64,000 nt of DNA, taken from positions 132,560-196,559 of the forward strand of contig CAWGLN010000009.1 of NCBI GenBank assembly GCA_963823435.1, read 5' to 3'. The DNA comes from an uncultured Gammaproteobacteria bacterium. GTDB taxonomy: Bacteria; Pseudomonadota; Gammaproteobacteria; Steroidobacterales; BM003. This document shows, in pieces, positions 8,649-20,234 of the stretch (the first letter of the stretch is position 1; every line of letters starts with the position of its first letter). Under the pieces are notes generated by a model that was not told where the DNA came from, did no database searches, and saw only the letters and a list, made by a program, of their open reading frames with translations. A program made the translations under genes and the position numbers.

Positions 8649-10321
8649 TTAGTCCTTATCCAGCATGGGTAAATCCAGACCGCGCTCGCGCGCCACATCG
8701 ATGGCGCGCTGGTAGCCCGCGTCGGCATGCCGCATAACGCCTGTGCCCGGATCATTCACCAGCACGCGTTCCAGCGCCTGACGTGCGCGCTCGGTCCCAT
8801 CGGCAACAATCACCACACCGGCGTGCAGCGAATACCCCATGCCGACCCCGCCACCGTGGTGGAAGCTCACCCAGGACGCACCGCCGGCAGTATTGAGCAG
8901 CGCATTGAGTATCGGCCAGTCAGCCACCGCATCAGAGCCGTCACGCATACCTTCTGTCTCACGGTTGGGCGAGGCGACCGAGCCGGAATCCAGGTGATCC
9001 CGTCCAATAACAATCGGCGCCTTGAGTTCACCGTTGGCCACCATCTCATTGAAGGCCAGACCCAACAGGTGACGCTCCTTGTAGCCCAGCCAGCATATAC
9101 GTGCCGGTAAGCCCTGAAACTGGATCTTTTCCCGCGCGCCGTCCAGCCAGCGGTGCAAACCCACCTTGTCGGGAAAAAGTTCGCGGGCTTTTTCATCCGT
9201 GCGGTAGATATCCTCCGGATCACCCGACAGGGCCACCCAGCGAAACGGACCCACACCCTCGCAGAACAAGGGGCGTATATACAGGGGAACGAAGCCCTTG
9301 AAATCGAAGGCATTGTCCACGCCCGCATCCTGGGCCATGGCGCGTATATTGTTGCCATAGTCGAAGGTCGGGACACCATCTTGCTGGAAGGCCAGCATGG
9401 CGCGCACCTGGCGGGCCATGGACAACTTGGACAGACGCACATATTCCACCGGGTCAGACTCGCGCAGGGCGGCGGCCTGCCGCAGGTCATAGCCCACCGG
9501 GATATAGCCGTTCAAGGGATCGTGGGCCGAGGTCTGGTCGGTAACCAGGTGGGGCTTCGTCTCCCCTTCCTGAATCTGTCCGAACACTTCGGCTGCATTG
9601 CCCAGCAAGCCTACTGAAATGATTTCGACCGTTCTGTCCCGCTTCCCGCATCCAGCCCAGGGCTTCGGACAGGGAGTCGGTCTTGCGATCCAGGTAACCG
9701 GTCTCCATGCGCTTGTCTATGCGCGACTCGTCCACCTCGACAGCCAGGCAGGAAAGACCCGCGAAGACGGCCGCGAGAGGCTGTGCGCCACCCATACCGC
9801 CCAGACCTCCCGTGAGCAGCCACTTGCCGGCCGGGTCACCTTCGTAATGCTGACGAACGGCCTCGGCAAAGGTCTCGTAGGTGCCCTGCACGATGCCCTG
9901 GGAACCGATGTAGATCCAGGATCCGGCCGTCATCTGGCCGAACATCATCAGGCCTTTCTTGTCCAGCTCGAAAAAGTGATCCCAGTTGGCCCAGTTACCC
10001 ACCAGGTTGGAGTTGGCGATCAGCACCCGCGGGCGCGTGCTCGAAGGTCCTGAACACACCCACTGGCTTGCCCGACTGAACCAGCAGCGTCTCATCGTTT
10101 TCCAGGCGCTCCAGGGTTTCGACGATGGCGTCGAAAGACTCCCAGTCCCGGGCAGCCCGACCAATGCCGCCATAGACAATCAATTCCTTCGGGTTCTCGG
10201 CGACCACCGGATCAAGGTTGTTGAACAGCATGCGCAAGGCCGCTTCCTGCACCCAGCCCTTGCAACGCAGCGTCGTGCCGGTTGGCGCATGAATTTCCAC
10301 ATCACGAAACCGTGTCGTCAT
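8649..10321 (-). CDS. hutU: urocanate hydratase (two frame breaks as sequenced)
   Basis: Three frame pieces (9995..10321, 9487..10179, 8649..9608) concatenate to a full HutU: [23 protein letters not shown].. / ..[32 protein letters not shown].. / ..[37 protein letters not shown]. The breaks are near 10030 and 9610-9625. Confidence 0.9.
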
Positions 10322-10402
10322 TTCACTATCCCCAATGTTTGAGCCGCGTCAGGTCGCCTGACCCTGCGGCTTCAGTGCTCACCGGTCGCGGTTGATCAAG
10401 CT

Positions 10403-13400
10403 TCACCCCAGCCAGACACGGGCGTTACGGAACATCCGCATCCAGGGCCCGTCTTCGCCCCATTGTTGCGGGTGCCAGGAATTCTGCACCGTGCGCCGGG
10501 TCCGCTCCGGGTGCGGCATCATGATCGTCACCCGACCGTCTGTTGTGGTCAGCCCGGCCACACCGTCCGGTGATCCGTTCGGATTGGCAGGATAGCGAAT
10601 TGCCGGCTGACCATAGTTGTCCACGTAGCCCACACTTACCAGGCCCTCGCTGCCGGCCCGGGCCCGCCCGGCCTCGATCCGGCCACTCGGCGCGACCTTC
10701 GCCGTGAGAAACGACTACCGGCATGCGTGATCCGGCCATACCCGTCAGTAACAGCGAGGGCGATTCGCGTACCTCGACCAGGCTCAGGCGCGCCTCGAAC
10801 TGCTCCGAACGGTTACGCACGAAGCGCGGCCAAAGCTCTGCACCCGGGATCAACTCTTTCAGCGCCGACAGCATCTGGCAGCCATTGCAGGCTCCCAGCG
10901 CAAAGGTGTCGCTGCGCTGGAAGTAATCGCTGAACAAGCGTCGCGCCAGGTCATTAAAAAGTATGGACTTGGCCCAACCCTCACCGGCACCCAGCACGTC
11001 ACCGTAAGAGAACCCTCCGCAGGCCGCCAGACCGTGGAATTCCTCCAGGCTGCGTCGGCCAGACAGGATATCGCTCATGTGCACGTCCACCGGTTCAAAA
11101 CCCGCGTGCTCGAATGCCGAAGCCATTTCCATCTGGCTGTTTACACCCTGCTCACGCAAGATCGCCACACGTGGACGGGCGCCGGTAGCAATATACTGGG
11201 CAGCCGGGTTATCTGCCGGGTCAAAGCTCAGATCCGCGTGCAGACCCGGGTCTTCTTCGTCCAGCAGGCCATCGAATTCCTCCTGGGCGCATTCGGGATT
11301 ATCACGCAGCTTCTGCATCTGGTAACTGGTCTGCGACCAGCAACGGTGCAACTCCACACGACCGGCCTCGTATTCGGCGTGACCCGGCACGCACAAAGCA
11401 CAGCACTTGTTCCTGGGTCAAACCACCGATTTCGTGCGTGCAATGGCCCAGGCCGTGACTGCCCAGCACCGCCATCACCCGATTGCGATCGGACCCGCGT
11501 ACTTGCAGTACGGCACCGAGTTCCTCGTTAAACAGGCTGCCCAGGGTGTCGTCGCCCAGGCAATCGAGGTTGATATGCAGACCGGTGCGGCCGGCGAAAG
11601 CCATTTCGCACAGGGTCGCCAGCAGAGCCTCCATCGGATCGATCATGATAGGCGAGCAGCATTCTCCGGCTGATCAGGGACTGTACAGTATCGAACAAGC
11701 CCTTGAGCAATGCCGGCTTGTCCAGGTCGGGCACGGCGCCGCCATCTCGCTTGGTAGGCTCTGCGCCAGCGCTGACCCGCCCAATCGGTTGCGTCCCTGC
11801 CCCAGGTCCACCAGCAACAGGCGACTTCCCGGCTCGGGCAGCAGGCGCGGGGTAACCGTATTGCGTATATCCCTGACCGGGGCGAATGAGGAAATTATCA
11901 GCGACAGGGGGGCCACCACCTCGTGGGGGCCGTTTTCGTCTTGCCAGGAGGTTTTCATGGACAGCGAGTCCTTGCCCACCGGGATGGCAATCCCGAGAGC
12001 AGGACACAGCTCCTCGCCCACGGTCCGGACCGTGTCGTAGAGCCTGGCGTCCTCGCCCGGGATGACCGCAGGCGGCCATCCAGTTGGCCGACAGGCGCAC
12101 CTTGCCGAGCTCCCCGATATCGGCGGCGGCGATATTGGTGATGGCCTCACCGACCGCCATGCGACCCGAGGCCGGAGCGTCGGTAACGGCCAGCGGCGCA
12201 CGCTCACCCATGGCCATGGCTTCTCCGGTATAGCCCATGAATCCGCTGGCGGTCACGGCGACATCCGCCACCGGAACCTGCCAGGGACCCACCATCTGGT
12301 CACGACTCACCAGGCCGCCCACGGTGCGGTCGCCAATGGTGATCAGGAAGGTCTTGTCCGCCACCGACGGCAGTCGCAGAACCCGCTGCACCGCCTCGTC
12401 CAGTTCGATACCGGAGCGATCGAATTCACCCGCCGGGTGCTCGATCCGCTGCACATCCCGGGTCAGTTTCGGCGCCTTGCCCAACAACACTTCCATGGGC
12501 ATGTTGACCGGGAAATTCTTGAAATGACTGTCACTGACACGCAACCAGCGATCCTCAGTGGCGGTTCCGATCACGGCATAGGGACAACGCTCTCGCCGAC
12601 ACAGGGTCTCAAACAGCTCCAGTGACTCTGGAGCTATGGCGATGACGTAGCGCTCCTGGGACTCATTACACCAGATCGCCATGGGAGACATGCCCGGCTC
12701 GTCGTTGGGGATATCCCGCAGAGCGCAGGTCACCGCCACGACCACTGTGGTCCAGGGTCTCCGGCACGGCGTTGGACAGACCGCCGGCGCCCACGTCGTG
12801 GATCAGCAGGATGGGATTGTCTTCGACCAACGCCCAGCAGCGATCGATGACTTCCTGGCAGCGACGTTGCATTTCCGGGTTGTCGCGCTGTACCGAGGCA
12901 AAGTCGAGTTCTTCACTGCTCTGCCCCGAACCCATGGACGAGGCAGCGCCACCACCCAGGCCGATCAGCATGGACGGACCACCGAGCACCACGATCAGCG
13001 AGCCCGGCGTCACGTCGGACTTCTCCACGTCCTCGCCTCGAATGTTGCCCACACCACCGGCCACCATGATGGGCTTGTGGTAGCCGCGCAGCTGCCCGTC
13101 GGCGGTTTCCTGCTCATAACTGCGGAAGTAACCACACAGATTCGGACGACCGAATTCATTATTGAAGGCGGCACCGCCTATCGGACCCTCGAGCATGATT
13201 TGCAGGGCCGAGGCGATTCTGTCCGGCTTGCCATGGTCGACTTCCCAGGGCTGAACAAATCCCGGGGATGCGCAGGTTGGAAACAGAGAACCCGGTCAGG
13301 CCCGCCTTGGGTTTTGAGCCTCGACCGGTGGCGCCCTCATCGCGAATTTCGCCGCCGGAACCGGTGGCCGCACCCGGGTGCGGGGAAATCGCGGTGGGGT

Positions 13401-14290
13401 GATTGTGCGTCTCCACCTTCATCAGCACATGAATATCTTCATCCAGGTACACGTACCGATGGGTTTCAGCTTCGGTGATGAGACGCAGGCCACGGTTACC
13501 CTCGATTACCGAAGCGTTATCCCTGTACGCAGACAACACGCCGTCGGGCGCGTGCTTATGGGTATTGCGGATCATGTCGAACAGGGTCTTGGGCTGTGGC
13601 TGCCCGTCGATCACCCAGTCCGCATTGAAAATCTTGTGCCGGCAGTGCTCGGAGTTCGCCTGGGCAAACATCATCAGCTCGGCGTCCGTCGGATTTCGTT
13701 CCAGCGCACGGAAGTTTTCCACCAGGTAGCGATTTCGTCCTCGGACAGGGCCAGGCCCAGGTCCAGGTTGGCCTGCGCCAATGCCTGCTCACCGCCGTCC
13801 AGTACGTCCACACAGGCAAGTTGCCCGGGCTGATGGTGGGCAAACAATCGTTCGGCACCGGATAGTTCCAGACACACTGATTCGGTCATGCGATCGTGCA
13901 GCCTGGCCGAAATGACGGACAGTCCGGGCGCATCAAGCGGGCGTTCGCCGCGATGGTGTACGCAATACCGCGTTCGATCCGGAGCAGGGAACCCAGGCCG
14001 CAGATATGGGCGATATCCGTGGCCTTGCTTGACCAGGGAGATATGGTTCCGAAGCGTGGCACCACCAGCACCATTTGCCCATCCGGCCGGGTCTGCCCGG
14101 TGCGTGGACCATAGCTCAGAAGACGCTCAAGCACCTCCATTTCGCGACCCGACAGTTCACTTGCCACTTCCACCAGGTGTAGAAAATCGGCCTGTATCGC
14201 GGTAATTGAAGGCTCAAGGCCACGCAGATCATCGAGAAGCTTGCTGAGGCGGAAAGCTGATAGCGCCGGAGCACCGGGCAATGTGAGCAT
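10403..14290 (-). CDS. purL: phosphoribosylformylglycinamidine synthase, single-chain large form (at least 9 frame breaks as sequenced)
   Basis: Ten or more ORF fragments on the minus strand tile a complete PurL. The N-terminus is [19 protein letters not shown]. The middle includes ..[18 protein letters not shown].. and ..[14 protein letters not shown]... The glutaminase domain includes ..[17 protein letters not shown]... The C-terminus is ..[18 protein letters not shown]. Frame changes are near 13925, 13735, 13255, 12735, 12060, 11760, 11650, 11400 and 10640-10690. Confidence 0.9.
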
Positions 14291-14382
14291 GTTCGGTCCC
14301 TAGGTTCAGGTCTGGTGGGCGCGTCCGGAGAGGGCTGCATTTTACAAGACCCTGCCGCGGTCGACCATAGCGCAGGACAACT

Positions 14383-15140
14383 CTACAGCTGGTACCAGCC
14401 CAGCCCGGCTTCCTGATCCACGATTTCTATATCGATTCCGGCCCTGGAGCGGGCTTCCGCCAGGGCGTCCCTGGCCAGGGCCGGGGTATTGTTGGTGTCG
14501 CTCAGGTGCAGGGCAAATATCTGGCGCAAACGGGTCTGGTCCAGGTTTCCCAGCAATTCCGCAGCCTGGCAATTACTCAGGTGCCCCAGCGCGCCCTTGA
14601 CCCGCCGCTTCAAGCCGATGGGGATAGGGGCCATTCATGAGCATCTGCAAGGTCGTGGTTACACTCCAGCAACAACACGTCCACGCCGCCCAGGCTCTGG
14701 ATAATATGTGGCGTGGCGTGCCCGACATCGGTCAGCACCCCGGCCCGCTTGTCTCCATCGCTGAACACGTACTGGCAGGGTTCCCGGGCATCGTGAGGTA
14801 CCGGCATGGGAGAAATGCTCAGGGCGCCAACGGTAAAACTCTCGTGCGCGTTAACCCAGCGCACGTCCACGCCCTCCACGTCCCCGCCCCTGGCGGTACC
14901 GTGGGTAAGCCATACCGGTATGGAATGACGACGAGCCAGCCTGGCCACGCCGGCAAAGTGATCCGAGTGCTCATGGGTGACCAGGATGCCGTCCAGATCC
15001 TGGGGGCTGAAGCCCAACCTGGCCATACGCCGATCCGCTTCCTTGAGGGTAAAGCCGCAGTCGAGCATTACGCAGGTGCCGGCGGCCTCAAACAGCGCGG
15101 AATTACCCTTGCTGCCACTCCCCAGGTAAGCCAGTTTCAA
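14383..15140 (-). CDS. MBL-fold metallo-hydrolase (YycJ/PhnP-like); one frame break
   Basis: The N-terminal piece is MKLAYLGSGSKGN...VTHEHSDHFAG (HxHxDH motif). The C-terminal piece is ..KGALGHLSN..ALHLSDTNN... The frames join near 14630. Confidence 0.8.
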
Positions 15141-15161
15141 GTTCTATTGCCCCTTGCTCGC

Positions 15162-15500
15162 CTATTTCCCGCGACCGTCGCCCCCGGGCGTATACACCGG
15201 CATGGGAAACTGGGCGACATTACTGCCTTCCAGGCTGGTGATCTTGCTGACACCCTTTTTTTCGACCTCGTCGACACGCACCACTGCATGCAAGGGAATG
15301 AACGTGCGTTTCACACCGCTGAATTCGGACGCGATGCGCTCTTCGGCCGGATCAACCAGCAACGCCGATCGCTCTCCAAATATCAATTCCTCCACTTCCA
15401 GGAACCCGAAAAGTTCTCCGTGACCCACGCTACGCGCATAGATCTCGTAAACCTTACCCTGATTCATGAAGGCGACTTTGAAAATGTGCTGCTCGGGCAT
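15162..15500 (-). CDS. DUF1820-family protein
   Basis: FKVAFMNQGKVYEIYARSVGHGELFGFLEVEELIFGERS...KRTFIPLHAVVRVDEV matches my recollection of the DUF1820 family. Start at MPEQ (ATG complement 15498-15500). Confidence 0.7.
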   Translation of the reverse strand: MPEQHIFKVAFMNQGKVYEIYARSVGHGELFGFLEVEELIFGERSALLVDPAEERIASEFSGVKRTFIPLHAVVRVDEVEKKGVSKITSLEGSNVAQFPMPVYTPGGDGRGK

Positions 15501-15739
15501 ACGTTTTCCAGTTAAATCCAAATGGCGCAAGTCCAGGAAAAATTCAGCGGCGATGTCGAAAGTGTGACCCCTGCACTGCCGGAAACAGAGGGTGGCCAGA
15601 ATAATGACCCTTCCTGCTTAATCCTTTTTGGATAAGCTCGAGGGGCAGTATACACACTGATAACTCAAGGCGGTTGTCATTATGTATAATCGGGCCTTGG
15701 GCCGAGGGACAGGCTTGCGGTTAGCTGGAATCATCATTT

Positions 15740-17212
15740 ATGACGCTCAAAATCAAGGTTACCGGCAGATATGCAAAGTCCTTCAAGGACAATGCGCAGA
15801 AAGAGTTTACCGTGCACGGTGGCACGCTGGGCCGTTCGGTAGAAAACACCTGGGTATTGCCAGACCCGCACCGTCATATATCAGGCAAGCACGCCGTCAT
15901 CCTGAACAAGGACGGTCATTATTTCATCCTGGATACCAGTACCAACGGCGTGTTCATGAACAAGGCCAGCACCCGTATCGGGCGCGGCAACTCCGCTCGC
16001 CTGAGCCATGGCGATACCTTCCGGATCAGCGATTTTGTCTTCCAGGTTTCCCTTAAAGAGGACCCGGCGGACGCCGTGCTGGAAAGGGATCCTGCCGAAA
16101 TGAGCCTGGACGAAAAGGACGACATGATCAGTTACGCTGCCCTGCTGGATGATGACCTCGCAAGCAGCCAATCCGCGCAGGCCGAGGCGAGCCAGCGAGA
16201 CCGCAATTTTGCAGACGACTTCCTGACGGAAACCATTGCACCTGACAGCCTGGACGAAAAGATCGAGGGCTGGGAACTGATGGACCTGCCTGAGACAGCT
16301 ATCGCCCCTCCGCCGAAACGGCAATCGGATTCATCGGTTGAATTATTGCCTTCCGAGGAAATCAGGGCACGCGCAGATCTGGACCTGTCGCTGGCAGATG
16401 AAAACCTGGACGACATGGTGTCCAGGGAAGCAAGCGCCAAACTTACCCTGGTGGAGGACTTTCCCGGCTCTGAAAGCACCATCGCCGAGGATGAAAAGCC
16501 CATACCTGAGCCGCAGTCCCGACGTGCGGCGGAAAAGGCAGTCGCGCCACCTGCGCCAGCAAAAAACACCTCGGACAGTGGCGCCAACCGTGGAGATCCG
16601 GTCATGATTTTCCTGCAGGCAGCGGGCATGGATCTCGGTAACATCAAGCCCCAGGATTCGGCGCAGATCATGCAAAACGCCGGGCAACTACTGCGCGAGT
16701 TCGTAGTAGGGGCAAAAGACACGATTATGAATCGCTCGGAAATCAAGAACACCCTGCGCGTCTCACACACGACTATCCAGGAGGGTGAATACAATCCACT
16801 GCGGTTCTCCGCCGGAGTGGACGAATCACTGCGCGCAATGCTGGTTGAAAAGAGTCGGCGGCACATGTCGCCCGTGGACGCGGTCAGGCAAAGCTTCCAC
16901 GCTACGCGTGTTCACCAACTGGCCATGGTTGATGCGATGAAGGAAGCGGTGAAAAGCCTGTACGATCATTTTGATCCAGTGGACCTTCAAGATCGATTTG
17001 ATCGTGGCATGAAGCGTGGATCAATATTGGGTGCAACCAACAAGCTCAAATATTGGGAGTTGTTTGCCGACCTCTACAACGCCATGGCCGAGGGACGAAA
17101 CGAGGGCATACCGCATATGTTTGCCGACGAATTCTCACGCGCCTACGATGCAAGGGTCAAGGAATTGACAAAAGGCGCGACCACACCGAAATCCAATTCC
17201 AAGGCCAGCTAG
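15740..17212 (+). CDS. FHA-domain protein of the T6SS-associated TagH/Fha1 type (orphan)
   Basis: The N-terminal FHA is GRSVENTWVLPD..ISGKHAVILNKDGHYFILDTSTNGVF.N. An acidic/Pro-rich linker follows. The C-terminal region is LLREFVVGAKDTIMNRSEIKNTLRVSHTTIQ..YNPLRFS...ATNKLKYWELFADLY, which resembles the TagH/Fha1 C-terminal domain as I remember it from P. aeruginosa Fha1. Confidence 0.7.
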   Translation: MTLKIKVTGRYAKSFKDNAQKEFTVHGGTLGRSVENTWVLPDPHRHISGKHAVILNKDGHYFILDTSTNGVFMNKASTRIGRGNSARLSHGDTFRISDFVFQVSLKEDPADAVLERDPAEMSLDEKDDMISYAALLDDDLASSQSAQAEASQRDRNFADDFLTETIAPDSLDEKIEGWELMDLPETAIAPPPKRQSDSSVELLPSEEIRARADLDLSLADENLDDMVSREASAKLTLVEDFPGSESTIAEDEKPIPEPQSRRAAEKAVAPPAPAKNTSDSGANRGDPVMIFLQAAGMDLGNIKPQDSAQIMQNAGQLLREFVVGAKDTIMNRSEIKNTLRVSHTTIQEGEYNPLRFSAGVDESLRAMLVEKSRRHMSPVDAVRQSFHATRVHQLAMVDAMKEAVKSLYDHFDPVDLQDRFDRGMKRGSILGATNKLKYWELFADLYNAMAEGRNEGIPHMFADEFSRAYDARVKELTKGATTPKSNSKAS

Positions 17213-17271
17213 GAGGGCCTGGAGTCCAGACATCGAGTCTGAGGCGAAGGCTGTCAACGGAGCATTCAGGG

Positions 17272-17901
17272 ATGAAAACCCATACCGCAATCTCGTTTCT
17301 ACTTCTTGGTGCCTTGTGCCTGCTCGCAAATCCCGCCCGGGCTGTGGATGTTGAAATAGGTGGTTTCTACGCCCAGGTCGTGGGAGGCGCCATCGGTGAT
17401 GCAAGTATCGCGGGCAGCGAAATCCGGAACGTCGAGGTAGCCGAAGGTAGCGGCCACGGCATGACGGTTGAGTTCACGTTACCCAACACGTGGCAACTTG
17501 AACTCATCTGGGACACCCAGGACAGTTACCTGAGCGGCAATGTGGATAACGGCGGCCAGACCCGGCTTGCCGATACCACGATAAGCAACTACCTGTTCGG
17601 CGGAAATTATTATTTCGAGCAAGACGCGTTCCGGCCCTATATCGGTTTCCACCTGGGCGCGACGAATTTCAAGACCGAGGGTCTGGACAGTGACACTCGA
17701 TTTGCTTTCAGTTTTGGCGGCGGCGCCAAGTATTATCTCAATGACTGGCTGGCCCTGGACATTCGCTTGCGCTGGGTAGCCAGCTATATCGATGCCAACA
17801 GCATCGTCTACTGCAACCTGCCAGGTTCTTGCTATGTCGCGACTTCGGGCGACACCATGAACCAGTTTCATCTCACGGCCGGTGTGAATTTCCGCTTCTA
17901 G
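17272..17901 (+). CDS. outer-membrane beta-barrel protein (small porin/OmpW-OmpA-TM-like)
   Basis: Signal peptide MKTHTAISFLLLGALCLLANPARA, alternating beta-strand pattern, aromatic C-terminus ..TAGVNFRF. It starts 60 nt downstream of the FHA gene on the same strand. Confidence 0.65.
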   Translation: MKTHTAISFLLLGALCLLANPARAVDVEIGGFYAQVVGGAIGDASIAGSEIRNVEVAEGSGHGMTVEFTLPNTWQLELIWDTQDSYLSGNVDNGGQTRLADTTISNYLFGGNYYFEQDAFRPYIGFHLGATNFKTEGLDSDTRFAFSFGGGAKYYLNDWLALDIRLRWVASYIDANSIVYCNLPGSCYVATSGDTMNQFHLTAGVNFRF

Positions 17902-18145
17902 ACTGTATCGGGACCAGACCTGACACCCGCCTTGATAAGCTCACCAGTAAAGCAGGCCTGCCTCTCCCCCTCCGGTACCCCGCAGAGCCACTCCTTGCCT
18001 GCACAGACTCGCCAGTCAGGCATTTTTCGCCCAGAATAGGCTCCCGGTGCCTGGAACTGCTTAAGTTCAACAGTGTAAGACTCCGAGCATTTCCTGGGCG
18101 GACGTGGTGTCACCCCGGCCCCGCAGTGATGGAGTGGAAAAACGG

Positions 18146-18778
18146 ATGGCGCGAGCGACGGACAATTCATCGGCAAAGGGTAGAGAGGCCTCCCGGTCCG
18201 CACTGGAGGACCCCGGTTTCCTGCAGCAGATTCGCGAGCAAATGTTGCGCTTCGCCACCCTGCAGCTAAGCGATGCCAGCCTTGCGGAGGACGTTGTCCA
18301 GGAGGCGCTGATGGGCGCGCTGAAGAATGCCGGGTCGTTTGCCGGGCAAGCAGCTTTAAAGACCTGGATGTTCGCTATTTTGAAAAACAAGATCGCGGAC
18401 AGCCTGCGTCGACGCCAGCGCCTTGCGGACACCAGCCTTCCCTTGCCGGAAGAAGCGCAGCAGGATGATCTCGAGGGCTTGTTTGACCACAAGGGTCATT
18501 GGCAAAAAGGGCGACGTCCATCAGCCTGGGAGGACCCCGAGGGCGCAACCCGCGACGGGCAATTCTGGCGGACATTCGAGGCGTGCCTGGACAATTTGCC
18601 GGGTGACCAGGCGAGGGTTTTCATGATGCGGGAATTTGTCGACATGGACAGTCACGAAATTTGCAGGGTTGCCGAGATCACGCTCAGCAACCTGAATGTG
18701 ATGCTGCACAGGGCGAGATTGAGGCTGCGTGGATGCCTGGAGGCCAATTGGTTTGGGCAAGGAGAATCCACGTGCTGA
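18146..18778 (+). CDS. ECF-type RNA polymerase sigma-70 family factor
   Basis: Region 2 is AEDVVQEALMGALKNAGSF..LKTWMFAILKNKIAD. Region 4 is LPGDQARVFMMREFVDMDSHEICRVAEITLSNLNVMLHRARLRLR. An alternative start is at 18104. Confidence 0.85.
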   Translation: MARATDNSSAKGREASRSALEDPGFLQQIREQMLRFATLQLSDASLAEDVVQEALMGALKNAGSFAGQAALKTWMFAILKNKIADSLRRRQRLADTSLPLPEEAQQDDLEGLFDHKGHWQKGRRPSAWEDPEGATRDGQFWRTFEACLDNLPGDQARVFMMREFVDMDSHEICRVAEITLSNLNVMLHRARLRLRGCLEANWFGQGESTC

Positions 18779-19005
18779 AGTGCCAGGAAGCTACCCGTCT
18801 TTATTCCGAAGCCCAGGAGCGCCACCTCACCTTCACCGAGCGCGCAAGTCTGAAATTGCACGTAATGATATGCAGGGGATGCAAGAATTTCGGACGCCAG
18901 ATGCTCGACCTGCGACGATTTGCACGCGGATATGCACAGGGTGAGAACGAAAGCGACACCGTTCGCGCCGGTACTGGTGATGAGTCGCCCACTAACCAGG
19001 ATTAG
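18772..19005 (+). CDS. putative anti-sigma factor (zf-HC2-like, short, no obvious TM segment)
   Basis: The GTG start overlaps the sigma stop (GTGCTGA). VLKCQEATRLYSE...LKLHVMICRGCKNFGRQM carries the H-x3-C-x2-C signature of zinc-binding anti-sigma domains. Confidence 0.6.
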   Translation: MLKCQEATRLYSEAQERHLTFTERASLKLHVMICRGCKNFGRQMLDLRRFARGYAQGENESDTVRAGTGDESPTNQD

Positions 19006-19198
19006 CCTTGCCCGGGACCGCCATCCTGGTTGAGGGCGCGACAGGTGTTACATGGACTGACACCCGCCTCAGGCCACCAGAGCGCGCCCAGGTGCTTGAG
19101 CACTTTCTGCGCCATCCCATTACAATGCACCGGGGAGGGCGACGCAGCGAACCGGGTAATGGACTTTCGGTTCCAGGGGCGATACCGCTTGGAGTTGA

Positions 19199-20072
19199 AT
19201 GACCACGAACCATAAAAATCTGCTGCTTTCTATTTGCCCGGTCTGCCTGTCACTTGCTTTCTCCGGGGCCTGGGCACAGGAACCCGACATCAGCTCGGTA
19301 CACTGGGCATACAGCTCCTATTTCGGCACCGGTTGGTACGAGGTGGACGGGGACCGCGACGTGTACGTCCTTGGCACGACTCCACGCTGGGATTTGCGTG
19401 CAGCCGGATTTCACCGCGGATGGCACACGCACAATCGGACTAGAGCTTACTTTCCCGATTACCGTCGGTATGGACGTGTTTTCAGTCGACGATATTTCCG
19501 GGACAGTGGATCTGGATAATCTCGCCTCGCTTAGCCTGGCTCCCGGGATCAATATTACCATCCCGGTTACCCGGCGCTGGTGGTTGCGGCCCTTTGCGTC
19601 TATCGGCTGGGGGACGCTACTCAATGGTAGCGAATCTTCCTGGACCTACTGGGCAGGCGTCAGAAGTCGCTATGCCTTTGAGACCGGAGAACTCCACTGG
19701 GCCATTCTCAATTCGTATACTTACGTGGGTCACGATCCAAGCGTAGGGTCTTCCGGCAATTTTCAGCCAATGATGGCTGGTCTGGAGCTTGACCACCGTC
19801 TATCTGCCACCCGCATTGATGACGAACAGTTGTGGCTGAGTTGGCACGGCACCTACACGGCCTACGAACACGAGGTCGAGCTGGGGATTCGGAATGTTGA
19901 GTCGCAGCCCATCACCGATCAATGGGAGTTCGGACTTGCGTTTCGAAAACAGGACAAGCCCATCAAGCTCTGGTGGCTCAGTTTTGATCGGCTGGGCCTC
20001 GCGTATAGCTTCAGCTCCTCTGGGGAACTCAGGGGCATCAGCTTTGTTTTCCGGTCGGTTTTCGAACGCTGA
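19199..20072 (+). CDS. hypothetical secreted/outer-membrane protein (one frame break)
   Basis: Signal peptide MTTNHKNLLLSICPVCLSLAFSGAWA. ORFs 19199..19519 and 19254..20072 join near 19390-19410. The rest is rich in beta-strands and aromatic residues and ends ..FVFRSVFER. No family recognised. Confidence 0.5.
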
Positions 20073-20234
20073 GTAGCTATATGGTTGCGCAGATGTCCGT
20101 GTAAGCATGAACCGGCATGCACACCGGAAGGCGTTGCCGGCAGTGCGCAGCGGTGCCCGCAAGAGCTGAAATCACGCCAGGAAGCCCTGGGGCCCTATTA
20201 CAAAGCACTCAGTGCAAGGTATACGGCCAGACCG

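Noticed and set aside
10403-14290. Programmed frameshifting or gene fission (separate PurL subunits) as an explanation for the fragmented purL.
   Set aside because: The fragments overlap and tile a single-chain large PurL in the canonical domain order, with at least 9 frame changes in both directions. There are no slippery-site signals or domain-boundary logic. Neighbouring unrelated genes show the same kind of breaks.
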